64,000 nucleotides of DNA from an uncultured PS1 clade bacterium. Lineage in GTDB: Bacteria; Pseudomonadota; Alphaproteobacteria; MED-G09. This document shows, one piece after another, positions 8,025 to 17,777 of this stretch (positions are counted from its first letter, which is position 1; each line of letters starts with the position of its first letter). Location: positions 89,586 to 153,585 of the forward strand of contig CACOFZ010000002.1 in assembly GCA_902626605.1 (NCBI GenBank). Direction: 5' to 3'. The notes beneath the pieces were generated by a model that saw only the letters and a program-made list of their open reading frames with translations, was not told where the DNA came from and made no database searches. The translations under genes were made by a program, and so were the position numbers.

Positions 8025-11000
8025 ATGAGGATCTATATGATTTACACAAAAAAACTAATGAAAATTTTAGCTTTTGCTTTTTTTACAATTTTTATAACGT
8101 CTATTTCTACTTCTGATATATCAGCTGAACAAACTACTGGGGTTATCAGAGGATCAGTGGTCGATGAGGCAGGTAATCCTATAACTGGAGCTTCTGTACA
8201 AATTCTTCATTCCCCATCTGGAAGTAAATCATCTACATCAACAGGTAATTCAGGGGCTTTCTACTCAAGAGGTTTAAGATTGGGAGGTCCATTCAAAATA
8301 ACTGTTACAAAGTCAGGGCAAATGTCTACAAAAAGTAATATTTATACAAGACTAGGAAGTGAAGCAAACCTATCATTTACTCTTGGGTCAGCTGGGGTCG
8401 AAGAAATTGTTGTCACAGCACAAGCTGTTGATTTTAAAGGTCTAGGAGTTGGTCCTGGTTCAACTTTTGATGCAGAAGATATTTCAACATTACCTTCAAT
8501 TGATCGTGATATCAAAGATATTGCTAAACTTGACCCCTTTGTGACCGTTAACAACAATGATCAACTCTCTTTTGCAGGAGGAATGCCAAGACTAATTGGT
8601 TTTATAATTGATGGTGTAAGCGCAAATGACTCTTATGGACTAAGTTCAAATGCCTATCCAACAAATAGAATGCCTCTGTCAATGGATGTCATAGATCAAG
8701 TTTCAGTTAAAATAGCAAATTTTGACGCTGAACTTGGTGAAGCATCAAGTGGTAATATCGTTCTTACAACAAAAGCAGGTACTAATGAGTTTCATGGATC
8801 ATTTACAATTGAGTCCTCTCAAACTAGCGGAAATGAGCCTTTTGGTAAAAAAGCAGATAACGCTGATCCTGATACAGAATTATTCTCAGTTGCTCTTCAA
8901 GGTCCAATTATAAAAGATAAACTTTTCTTCTCTTTTGGTTATGAAAAATATGAAGCTTCTGACCCAATTCAAATGCAGGCTTTTCAATCGGGATCAGTGA
9001 GTAAAGAGGAAGCTGACGCCGTTATTATGGCTGCTAAAGATATTATTGGCTATGATGCAGGATCGTATAATAAAGGTTTAGAAGAAGAAGATGAAAAAAC
9101 TTTTTTAAGATTTGATGCAAATATTACAGATAATCAGGCGTTAACATTAGAATATATTCATGTAGATGGATTTACAGAAAGTGCTTATTGGAATAGATCT
9201 TTTGGTCTTCCACTTTCAAGTAGTTGGTACAGAATTAATAAAGAGTACGAAACAATTAAATTTGAATTAAACTCAGATTGGTCGGATAACTTTTCAACCA
9301 AAATTATGTATTCTGACACAGATGTCATGAATCCGAATACCCCTGTTGGATCAACTTCAATTGGAGAAGTTGGTGTTGGTGTTACCTCAGGGGGAACTGT
9401 ATTTTTTGGACCTGATCAATATAGACATGCTAATGAAATTCAAACCAGTAGAAAACAATTTGAATTATCTGGATATTACGATGTAGGCAATCATGCGATT
9501 ACATTGGGTTATAAATCTATTGAAAATGACATGTTTAACATGTTTTCAAGGAATAGCTTAGGGGAATATGATTATAATTCTCTGGAAGATTTTATTTCTG
9601 GTAATTTAAGAGAACTTGATTATAGAAATGCTGATACAAATAATCCTAGAGATGCTGCCGGTCGTTTTAATATGGATTATACAATTATTTACTTACAAGA
9701 CACCTGGAGCATTAACTCTGATTTAACAGCAAGGATTGGTTTCCGTTATGAAGAAATAAGTCAAGATACAACACCTGAATATAATTCATTCTGGTTTAAC
9801 TGGACTGGAGATGAGTTTAGACCAGCACCTAGAAATGACGTAAACCTTGATGGTGAAGATATATTGATGCCTCGTTTTTCTTTAGATTGGCAAGCTAAAG
9901 ATAATATTCTTGTTACCTTTGGATATGGTGAATTCAGTGGAAATCTACCTCCTGTATGGTTTGGTGGGCCATATATTGATACAGGTTTAGGTCTTCCAGG
10001 TAATAAACTTAGAGCAAGGAGTAATAACTTACCTACCCCAGGAACTCCTGCAAGTTATCCTGGTGAAGCTGCCTTAGCTCTTGTTCAAAATCAAATTGGT
10101 GATACTGGTGGGTATACAGCTATGATGGATAAAGATTTTGGTATTCCCTCAATAACAAAAATGAGCCTGGGAATTGTTGCAGATTTAGATTCAGGTATCA
10201 CAATCAGAGCTAACTATATTTATATGGAAGAAGAAGATCCTGTTGGAGCATATATAGGTGGTTGTGATCCAAAAGGAAATGCAATAGCCGATAGCAGACC
10301 ATTATATGGTGGATGTAGCTATGTTGGATATTTAACAACCTTTAAAAATATCCAACCTGAAACAAATATATTTGGTATCTCTATGGAAAAATCTTTTGAT
10401 AATGGGTTAAACTTATATCTTGGCTATGCTCATACTGACAGAGAAATGGCTCACATGATGACAAGCTCTATTATTTTTTCAAGTGCTGTAAGAATGCCAA
10501 TTTTTGATCACCTAACGCCTGTAAATAGCCCTTCTCATTACGAGATTGAACACTCTTTTGATTATGCGCTTACATGGAAGGGAAATATTTTTGGGAACCT
10601 TGAAACTAGCATAGGCTTAAATGGATTTAGACAGTCTGGCAACCCCTTTAGTTATACATTCAGAGGGGATTTAAGTGGATATAGGACAGATGGAGAAAAT
10701 ATTGAATTACTCTATGTTCCATCTATTGATGACCCAAATGTACTTTACGCCGATGGATTTGATTTAGCTGCTTTTGAACAATTCCTTCAGGACTCTGGTT
10801 TATCAGCATATCGAGGTTCTGCAGTTCCTAGAAATAGCTTTAATAGCCCTTGGGCAGGAACTTTTGATTTAAGAATTGCACAGGAAATTCCTTCTGGTGG
10901 AGTTCCTGGAAAAGCGATTTTCTTTATCGATATAGAAAATGTTCTTAATCTTTTAAATTCTGATTGGGGAGGATTTGAAAATTATAGTGGCTCTACAACC

Positions 11001-11141
11001 AATTCTAGAGGAATTGTTGAGGCAGATGTGGATGAACAAGGTAGATATATATACAAAACATTTAAAGTTGATGGCCAACCTACTCAGAACATAGGTAAAT
11101 CAGTTTATCAAATTAAAGTTGGTCTCAAATATCAATTCTAA
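8025..11141 (+). CDS. TonB-dependent outer-membrane receptor with N-terminal carboxypeptidase-regulatory-like domain
   Basis: 1038 aa. Signal peptide (MKILAFAFFTIFITSISTSDISA). CarbopepD_reg-like segment (GVIRGSVVDEAGNPITGASVQIL). TonB box EEIVVTA. Long beta-barrel ending in the aromatic terminal residue (...KYQF). Alternative starts at 8037 or 8058. Confidence 0.85.
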   Translation: MRIYMIYTKKLMKILAFAFFTIFITSISTSDISAEQTTGVIRGSVVDEAGNPITGASVQILHSPSGSKSSTSTGNSGAFYSRGLRLGGPFKITVTKSGQMSTKSNIYTRLGSEANLSFTLGSAGVEEIVVTAQAVDFKGLGVGPGSTFDAEDISTLPSIDRDIKDIAKLDPFVTVNNNDQLSFAGGMPRLIGFIIDGVSANDSYGLSSNAYPTNRMPLSMDVIDQVSVKIANFDAELGEASSGNIVLTTKAGTNEFHGSFTIESSQTSGNEPFGKKADNADPDTELFSVALQGPIIKDKLFFSFGYEKYEASDPIQMQAFQSGSVSKEEADAVIMAAKDIIGYDAGSYNKGLEEEDEKTFLRFDANITDNQALTLEYIHVDGFTESAYWNRSFGLPLSSSWYRINKEYETIKFELNSDWSDNFSTKIMYSDTDVMNPNTPVGSTSIGEVGVGVTSGGTVFFGPDQYRHANEIQTSRKQFELSGYYDVGNHAITLGYKSIENDMFNMFSRNSLGEYDYNSLEDFISGNLRELDYRNADTNNPRDAAGRFNMDYTIIYLQDTWSINSDLTARIGFRYEEISQDTTPEYNSFWFNWTGDEFRPAPRNDVNLDGEDILMPRFSLDWQAKDNILVTFGYGEFSGNLPPVWFGGPYIDTGLGLPGNKLRARSNNLPTPGTPASYPGEAALALVQNQIGDTGGYTAMMDKDFGIPSITKMSLGIVADLDSGITIRANYIYMEEEDPVGAYIGGCDPKGNAIADSRPLYGGCSYVGYLTTFKNIQPETNIFGISMEKSFDNGLNLYLGYAHTDREMAHMMTSSIIFSSAVRMPIFDHLTPVNSPSHYEIEHSFDYALTWKGNIFGNLETSIGLNGFRQSGNPFSYTFRGDLSGYRTDGENIELLYVPSIDDPNVLYADGFDLAAFEQFLQDSGLSAYRGSAVPRNSFNSPWAGTFDLRIAQEIPSGGVPGKAIFFIDIENVLNLLNSDWGGFENYSGSTTNSRGIVEADVDEQGRYIYKTFKVDGQPTQNIGKSVYQIKVGLKYQF

Positions 11142-11157
11142 AATGATAAATAATCAG

Positions 11158-11188
11158 AAAAGGGCGCTATCTACTAGCGCCCTTTTTT
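11158..11188 (+). terminator. Rho-independent terminator (GC-rich 9-10 bp stem AAAGGGCGC...GCGCCCTTT followed by a T-tract)
   Basis: Read directly: gaaaagggcgctatctactagcgcccttttttca, 17 nt after the TBDR stop. The only strong GC hairpin plus U-tract in the window. Confidence 0.8.
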
Positions 11189-11201
11189 CATATAATAAAT
11201 T

Positions 11202-12275
11202 ATGGCTCAAATTAACTTAAAAAAAATAAATCGTAGAAAGTTTCTTTACGGTGGGGGTGTAATTCTTCTTTCATTTTTTCCCCTATTTAAAAGATTAAAA
11301 GCATCATCAAAAAATATTTTTAAAATTTCATGTGGATCATGTCTTTCACAAGAGAAGGATCAGCCAATCTGGAAGAGTATTCTAAGAGAAAAATCGGATG
11401 TGTTTATTTTTATGGGAGATAATGTTTATGGCGATAATAAAAATAATAGTGATTTAAATCTTTTAAAAAAGGCTTATAAAAAACAAAAAATAAAAATTCC
11501 TTTTAAAAGATTAAAAGAAACTAATGAAATTTTCTCGATTTGGGATGATCATGACTATGGAAAAAATGACGGTGGCAAAGAGTTTGAAAATAAAAAAGAA
11601 GCAAAAAAGCTTTTTTTAAAATTTTGGGAAATACCACCTGATGATAAAAGAAGAAATAGAGAAGGTTTATATTTTAGCAAAAAAAGAAATACTGAAATTG
11701 GGATAATTCAATTTATTTTCCTTGATACAAGATATTTTAGATCCGCTCTTAAGCTAACTGATAAAAAATGGGCACCAAAAAAAGAAAAGTACATAGCTGA
11801 TTATGATTCAAAAAAAACATATCTTGGATATAAACAGTGGAATTGGCTTAAAAAAGCTTTTAAAGAAAAATCAGATATCAAAATTCTAATATCAAGTATT
11901 CAGGTATTAGCTGAAGGACATGGTTTTGAAAAATGGGGAAATTTTCCATTAGAAAAAAGACGTCTTTATAATTTAATAGATGAAAATGATATTAATAAAC
12001 TTATTATTCTATCAGGAGACAGGCATAGAGCAGGTATATATAAGGATAGGACTAAAAATGGTAATGAATTATATGAACTTACATCTAGCTCTCTTAATCT
12101 AGCGGCTGGAAAATTATTTAAAGCAGTTGAAGAAGCTGGTCCAAATAGAATTGGACCAACTTATTTAATGGAAAATTATGGAACTCTTGAAATTAATAAT
12201 GATAAAAATATTAAATTATCCATAAAAGATTTAAATCAACAAACCCAGAATGAAATTAAAATAGACTTATCTTGA
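11202..12275 (+). CDS. PhoD-family (alkaline phosphatase D-like) metallophosphatase, Tat-secreted, catalytic domain only
   Basis: Twin-arginine signal NRRKFLYGGGV. Metallophosphatase motifs GDNVYGD, WDDHDYG and GDRHRAG match the PhoD pattern GDxIYxD / WDDHE / GDxH. 357 aa, shorter than canonical PhoD. Confidence 0.7.
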   Translation: MAQINLKKINRRKFLYGGGVILLSFFPLFKRLKASSKNIFKISCGSCLSQEKDQPIWKSILREKSDVFIFMGDNVYGDNKNNSDLNLLKKAYKKQKIKIPFKRLKETNEIFSIWDDHDYGKNDGGKEFENKKEAKKLFLKFWEIPPDDKRRNREGLYFSKKRNTEIGIIQFIFLDTRYFRSALKLTDKKWAPKKEKYIADYDSKKTYLGYKQWNWLKKAFKEKSDIKILISSIQVLAEGHGFEKWGNFPLEKRRLYNLIDENDINKLIILSGDRHRAGIYKDRTKNGNELYELTSSSLNLAAGKLFKAVEEAGPNRIGPTYLMENYGTLEINNDKNIKLSIKDLNQQTQNEIKIDLS

Positions 12276-13493
12276 GTCAGCTAATTCATTAAAAGGAACA
12301 TTTTTATCTACTCTAATATCTTGTGGTAGACCTAATACTCTTTCAGCAACAATGTTTCTTAAAATCTCATCCGTTCCACCAGCAATTCTATAACCAGCAG
12401 CACTCATCCATTGATTTTGAAATATAGAATGCATTAAAGACATATCTGGATCATTTAAAATTCCAGCAGCGCCTTGCAAATCCATAGCAAAGCTTGCTAA
12501 ATCTTGCATTTTAGGAGCTGATACAACTTTCCCAATAGAGCTTTCAGGACCAGGAGTTTCACCCTTAGATAATGATGTTAATGATCTCATTTTAGTATAT
12601 TTTAAACCCTCAGATTGAACATACCAGTCTGCAATTTTAGCTCTAACGTGGTCATTTTTAATAGCTGGTTTATTATTCAAAATTACATCTTTTGCTAACT
12701 GAGTTAAAGATGAATAATCAGCTGATTTTGGAACACCAATGGCTAATCTTTCATTCATTAAAGTAGTAAGTGCAACTTTCCAACCTTCACCAACTTCACC
12801 AAGTCGTTGTGTATCCGGCACTCTTACATCAGTAAAGAATACTTCATTAAAGTTAGAACCACCTGAAATTTGTCTGATTGGTTTTATTTCTATTCCAGGA
12901 GATTTCATATCTAAGAAGAAAAATGACAAACCTTTGTGTTTAGGAACTGTTGGATCTGTTCTAACAACAATAATACCAAAATCACAAAAATGCGCACCTG
13001 AGGTCCATACCTTTTGACCATTAATTATCCAGTCATCTCCATCTTTTTCAGCTTTTGTTCTAACTCCTGCAACATCTGAACCTGCAGAAGGTTCAGAAAA
13101 TAACTGACACCATATTTCTTTTCCATAAAGAGCAGGTTCTACATATCTCTCATTCTGCTCTTTAGTTGCCCAAGCCATCATTGTAGGTATGCACATGCCT
13201 AAGCCAATATCAAAAAATCCTGTAGGTACATTATATTTTGACTCTTCTTGAGAATAAATAACTGATTGAATGGAGGAACCTCCAAGACCACCATATTCTT
13301 TTGGCCAAGTAATGGCTGCATAACCTGCTTCAGCTTTTTTTGCTTGCCAATCCCTAGCTCTTGACAAGGCACTCTCTTGAACATCAATTGAATCATAACC
13401 ACCTGCTTTTTTCTCTTTTGGTGCGTTATTTTTAAGCCAATCTCTTACCTCTGAACGAAAATTATTCTCTTCCGGTGTATCATTAAAATCCAA
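12267..13493 (-). CDS. Acyl-CoA dehydrogenase family protein
   Basis: 408 aa ACAD fold with N-terminal helical, middle beta and C-terminal helical domains. Has NERLAIG in helix G. C-terminal IAGGTDEIL replaces the canonical IYEGT. Confidence 0.85.
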   Translation of the reverse strand: MDFNDTPEENNFRSEVRDWLKNNAPKEKKAGGYDSIDVQESALSRARDWQAKKAEAGYAAITWPKEYGGLGGSSIQSVIYSQEESKYNVPTGFFDIGLGMCIPTMMAWATKEQNERYVEPALYGKEIWCQLFSEPSAGSDVAGVRTKAEKDGDDWIINGQKVWTSGAHFCDFGIIVVRTDPTVPKHKGLSFFFLDMKSPGIEIKPIRQISGGSNFNEVFFTDVRVPDTQRLGEVGEGWKVALTTLMNERLAIGVPKSADYSSLTQLAKDVILNNKPAIKNDHVRAKIADWYVQSEGLKYTKMRSLTSLSKGETPGPESSIGKVVSAPKMQDLASFAMDLQGAAGILNDPDMSLMHSIFQNQWMSAAGYRIAGGTDEILRNIVAERVLGLPQDIRVDKNVPFNELADSR

Positions 13494-13508
13494 TGTTTAT
13501 CTCCTTAA

Positions 13509-14624
13509 TTAATTATTTTTTTCTTCTAGTTGTGTTACCAATTTATTTTTCCAAGAGGCTATACTGCCAAGAGAAAGACCAAGAACCTGACTTCTTCTGT
13601 AATAAAATTGAGTATCAGCCTCCCAAGTAAATCCAATACCTCCATGAGTTTGAATATTTTCCTGAGCAGCAAAATTAAATGCGTCAGTTGCAGCAACTCT
13701 TGAAGCTGCAGCTGCAATCTTTAAATCTGAACCATTATCATTCAACATCATTGCTCCATAATAACTATTTGACTTAGCTAGCTCAATTTTTATGTACATA
13801 TCAGCAAGCTTATGTTTTATAGCCTGATATGATCCGATTTGTCTTCCAAAAGCAAATCTATCTAGAGCATATTCTTTTGCCATGTTCAGGGATGCCTCAG
13901 CTCCACCAATTTGCTCAAAAGATATTAATACTGCAGCAATATCAAGTATCTGCTGAACATCACCCCACCCATCACCTGATGAATTCATGATTTCACTTAA
14001 TGCATTATTAAAAATGATTTCTGCATGATCTCTTGTTTGATCAAGAGTGGTAAGTGTCTTTTTCTCAATCCCTTCTGTTGATAAATCAACTATTGACATT
14101 CCTATTGAGTCTGAGGTTTTGTCTTTTACAACTGCAACACAAATATCTGCATAACTACCGTCAGGAACAGGCATTTTTGTTCCTGTTAATTTTCCTGAAG
14201 AAAAAGTACATTGTATATTGTCAGGATTAGGTTCCATAGCGCTCTCAGGTAATGCAAAAGTTGCAATTATTTCGCCTGAAGCTAGTTTAGGAAGATAATT
14301 TTCTTTTTGTTTATCAGTACCAAATAATTTAATTGCCTCAGTAGCAAGATAAACAGATGAAGAAAATGGCACCGGAGCAGATGCTCTTCCAAGCTCTTCT
14401 GCAATCACGCATAATTCTAATGGACTTAACCCAAGGCCTCCATATTCCTCTGGAATTGTTGTACCAGTTAAACCTAAGTCAACTAGCCCTCTCCAAACTT
14501 TATCAGAATAATTTTTATCACTCTCCAAAATTTCTCTTACCACATCAATTGAACAATTGTCAGAAAGAAATTTTGCAACTTGTTCTTTTAATAGTTTTTG
14601 GTCCTCAGAAAAATCAAAATTCAT
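13509..14624 (-). CDS. Acyl-CoA dehydrogenase family protein (paralog of the neighbour)
   Basis: 371 aa ACAD fold. C-terminal ...YYRRSQVLGLSLGS lacks the YEGT Glu. Confidence 0.8.
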   Translation of the reverse strand: MNFDFSEDQKLLKEQVAKFLSDNCSIDVVREILESDKNYSDKVWRGLVDLGLTGTTIPEEYGGLGLSPLELCVIAEELGRASAPVPFSSSVYLATEAIKLFGTDKQKENYLPKLASGEIIATFALPESAMEPNPDNIQCTFSSGKLTGTKMPVPDGSYADICVAVVKDKTSDSIGMSIVDLSTEGIEKKTLTTLDQTRDHAEIIFNNALSEIMNSSGDGWGDVQQILDIAAVLISFEQIGGAEASLNMAKEYALDRFAFGRQIGSYQAIKHKLADMYIKIELAKSNSYYGAMMLNDNGSDLKIAAAASRVAATDAFNFAAQENIQTHGGIGFTWEADTQFYYRRSQVLGLSLGSIASWKNKLVTQLEEKNN

Positions 14625-14681
14625 AATTATTAACCCTTAAAAAAATATTAACTTAAACAAAAAAGAATAAAATAGCAAAAC

Positions 14682-16034
14682 CTAGAAAAGACAATTTTCA
14701 AAAACTTTCATTACATTTTCATCCCAATCATTATTAAACTCTCTAATTAGTTTATCAGCAGGGCTTTCATTATTAATAACAATATCTTCCAAGTACTGAA
14801 GATAGATACTTTCATCACATTCTTTTTTATTTAACTTATTTCTTCTTTTAAGACCTTCTTTTGATAACTTTATAGAATCTAAAGCTAATTTATATATATT
14901 ATTTTTCCCGACTGAACAATTTAAACCCTCTTTAGGTACTTTATTTCTAAACTCAATAAGTTCCTCAACTGAAATATTTTTTGTTAATTCCAAAGCATCA
15001 CTTAAAGCCTGATTATCATAAATTAAACCAACCCAATAAGCTGATATAGCGCAAATATGATCAATATTTCCTGCATCTGCTCCACGCATCTCAATATAAT
15101 TTTTAAGTCTTGCTTCTGGAAAAATAGTTGTTAAATGAAGTTCCCAATCATCAATTGTAGCATCGTAATTTTTTACGCTATCAATTTTTTTATCCATAAA
15201 ATCTCTGAAAGATTTTCCAGCTAGATCAATATATTTTCCATTTCTATTAATAAAATACATTGGAACATCAAGGGCATAATCAACATATTTTTCATAACTC
15301 ATATTATCATCAAAAACAAATGGAAGGATACCAGTTCTATCTTGATCAGTATTCTTCCAGTATTCACTTCTAATTGACTTATAACCATTTAGTGATCCAT
15401 CATTAAATGGTGAATTTGCAAATAAAGCAGTAGCAATTGGTTGTAATAAAAAAGATAATCTGAATTTTTTTATCATATCTTTTTCGTCTGAATAATCTAA
15501 ATTAACTTGTGCGGTACTTGAACGAAGCATCATATCCAGGCCGTGGTTACCAACTTTTGGCATATAATTTTTCATTACTTTATATCTGCTTTTTGGCATA
15601 ATAGGCATATCCTCTCTTGACCAATTTGCTGCAAATCCAAGTGCTAAAAAATCAATACCTATATTTTTTGTAATTTTTGATATTTGATTCTTATGATTTA
15701 ATAATTCATCGTGTGTTTCGTGAATTGTATTTAGCATTGCACCTGAAAGCTCGAATTGTCCTGCAGGTTCTAACGTGATTGAACCACCGCCTATTTCATT
15801 AGCCCTAGATAATGCGATAATATTATTGTTCTCGTAAATAGGATCCCAACCAAAGTCAACCAACTTCAAAAGAAGATCGGAAATACCACCTTCTTCTTCA
15901 TAGAAAACTGGTTTCTTATCTTTTAATTTAAATGCAAATTTCTCGTGTTCGGTTCCTATTTTAAAATCTTTAATTATTTTTTCACCAGAACTAATGAAAT
16001 CTATAAGTTGATTTTTTGACTCAATTTTTTCCAT
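14682..16034 (-). CDS. gshA: Glutamate--cysteine ligase, plant/alphaproteobacterial type (GCS2 family)
   Basis: 450 aa. Strong similarity pattern to plant-type gamma-glutamylcysteine synthetase (GTEHEKFAF..., RSEYW, EMRGADAG). Confidence 0.85.
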   Translation of the reverse strand: MEKIESKNQLIDFISSGEKIIKDFKIGTEHEKFAFKLKDKKPVFYEEEGGISDLLLKLVDFGWDPIYENNNIIALSRANEIGGGSITLEPAGQFELSGAMLNTIHETHDELLNHKNQISKITKNIGIDFLALGFAANWSREDMPIMPKSRYKVMKNYMPKVGNHGLDMMLRSSTAQVNLDYSDEKDMIKKFRLSFLLQPIATALFANSPFNDGSLNGYKSIRSEYWKNTDQDRTGILPFVFDDNMSYEKYVDYALDVPMYFINRNGKYIDLAGKSFRDFMDKKIDSVKNYDATIDDWELHLTTIFPEARLKNYIEMRGADAGNIDHICAISAYWVGLIYDNQALSDALELTKNISVEELIEFRNKVPKEGLNCSVGKNNIYKLALDSIKLSKEGLKRRNKLNKKECDESIYLQYLEDIVINNESPADKLIREFNNDWDENVMKVFENCLF

Positions 16035-16065
16035 TATGTTTTTTAATTAATTTTAATTGATAAAT

Positions 16066-16809
16066 CTATACCCAATCTCCCAAAATTGAATGGAATATTG
16101 ATAATGCGCTAACAATAGCAGTATCAGATCTTAAAACTCTCTGACCCAGAGAAATTACACAAAGATCAGAAATTTTATTAATTTTTTTTCTTTCTTCATC
16201 ACTAAAACCACCCTCAGGGCCAATAAGCAGTGCCCATTTTTCGTTTTTATTTATTTTTTTTATTTCATTTAATTTCTTAAGAGGTTTGACCTTAGATAAT
16301 TCATCACAGAAAATTAATGTCCTGTTTGGAGCAATTTCATTCCATTTCTCAATAATATTATCAAGTTTTTCAATTTTATTTACTTTTGGAACAAATGTTG
16401 AACCACATTGTTCAGCTGCTTCTATAGCATTTGATAATATTCTAGACTCTTTAATTGACTTATTTTGAGTTCTTTCTGTTATTACAGGCCAAATCAATTG
16501 AGATCCAAGTTCAGTAATTTTTTGTGAAATAAAATCTATTCTTGCATTTTTTACAGGTGCAAAAAAAATCCATATATCACATGGTTCTTTTTTAAAGCCT
16601 ATTTTTTTTTCTATTTTTACTTTTGATTTTTTCTTATTTAAATCCTCAATTAATACCGTCCACTCGCCATCAGTTTCATTAAAAATATTCAGTTTATCTC
16701 CTGTTTTTAGTCGCATTACATTTTTCAAATAATGAGATATCTTGTTATCCAAATAAATAAAATCTGTGGATAGTTTTTCTTTAACATAAACTCTAATATT
16801 ATTTTTCAT
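16066..16809 (-). CDS. rsmE: 16S rRNA (uracil1498-N3)-methyltransferase RsmE
   Basis: 247 aa. N-terminal PUA-like segment (HYLKNVMRLKTGDKLNIF) and C-terminal SPOUT motif LLIGPEGGFSDEE. Confidence 0.75.
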   Translation of the reverse strand: MKNNIRVYVKEKLSTDFIYLDNKISHYLKNVMRLKTGDKLNIFNETDGEWTVLIEDLNKKKSKVKIEKKIGFKKEPCDIWIFFAPVKNARIDFISQKITELGSQLIWPVITERTQNKSIKESRILSNAIEAAEQCGSTFVPKVNKIEKLDNIIEKWNEIAPNRTLIFCDELSKVKPLKKLNEIKKINKNEKWALLIGPEGGFSDEERKKINKISDLCVISLGQRVLRSDTAIVSALSIFHSILGDWV

Positions 16810-16880
16810 TTAACTTTAATAATACAATAAAATATTCCTCTTAAGTTTTTATATATTAACAGATATAATTTAGAAAAAAA

Positions 16881-17777
16881 ATGTTGGATCTTATTAAGAA
16901 TTATAACTATTTGGCCAAAGCCATAAAAGCTATGTATCAATTAGCAAGATTGGATAAGCCTATAGGATTTTTATTACTTATGTGGCCATGTTTATGGTCT
17001 TATGTTTATGGATCAATAATATTTTCTTACAATATAGAAATTAAATATATTATTTATTTTATTTTAGGATCAGTATTGATGAGAGGTGCAGGATGCACAT
17101 GGAATGACCTACTAGATAGAAAATACGACTCTAAAGTAAAAAGAACTAAAGATAGACCGCTTGCATCAAATAAAATAAGTCCAGCAAATGCAGCTATTTT
17201 TTTAGTTTTTCAACTTCTTCTGAGCTTATTAATTTTAATACAGTTTAATAAACTAACAATAATTGTAGGACTTTTATCAATCATACCAATCATTATATAT
17301 CCATTGATGAAAAGAATTACTTGGTGGCCTCAGCTTTTTTTAGGAATAACATTTAATTGGGGGGCTATAATGGGTTGGACTGCCATCACAGGAGAGTTAT
17401 CATATCATTGTATAATATTGTATTTTGGATGTATTTTCTGGACTATCGGATATGACACAATTTATGCACATCAAGATAAAATTGACGATAACTTTTTAGG
17501 GCTAAAGTCTACTGCTATTTTATTTGGTTCTAAAACAAAGTTTGCGCTTTATTTTTTTTACTTAATTTTTATTACAACTTTAATTATAACAATAAATATT
17601 ATTGAAATTAAAAATTTATATATAAACTCACTATTTCTATTTTTTATTTTTATACATCTTTTTTCTCAAATATTTTTTCTAAATATTGACAGTCCTGATA
17701 ACTGTTTAAAAATATTCAAATCTAATAATTCACTTGGAATAATTATATTTATGCTTTTGTTGTCTAATTATTATTAG
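16881..17777 (+). CDS. ubiA: 4-hydroxybenzoate polyprenyltransferase UbiA
   Basis: 298 aa polytopic protein with the UbiA prenyltransferase motif NDLLDRKYDSKVKRTKDRPLAS and a second D-rich motif (YDTIYAHQDKIDD). Confidence 0.85.
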   Translation: MLDLIKNYNYLAKAIKAMYQLARLDKPIGFLLLMWPCLWSYVYGSIIFSYNIEIKYIIYFILGSVLMRGAGCTWNDLLDRKYDSKVKRTKDRPLASNKISPANAAIFLVFQLLLSLLILIQFNKLTIIVGLLSIIPIIIYPLMKRITWWPQLFLGITFNWGAIMGWTAITGELSYHCIILYFGCIFWTIGYDTIYAHQDKIDDNFLGLKSTAILFGSKTKFALYFFYLIFITTLIITINIIEIKNLYINSLFLFFIFIHLFSQIFFLNIDSPDNCLKIFKSNNSLGIIIFMLLLSNYY

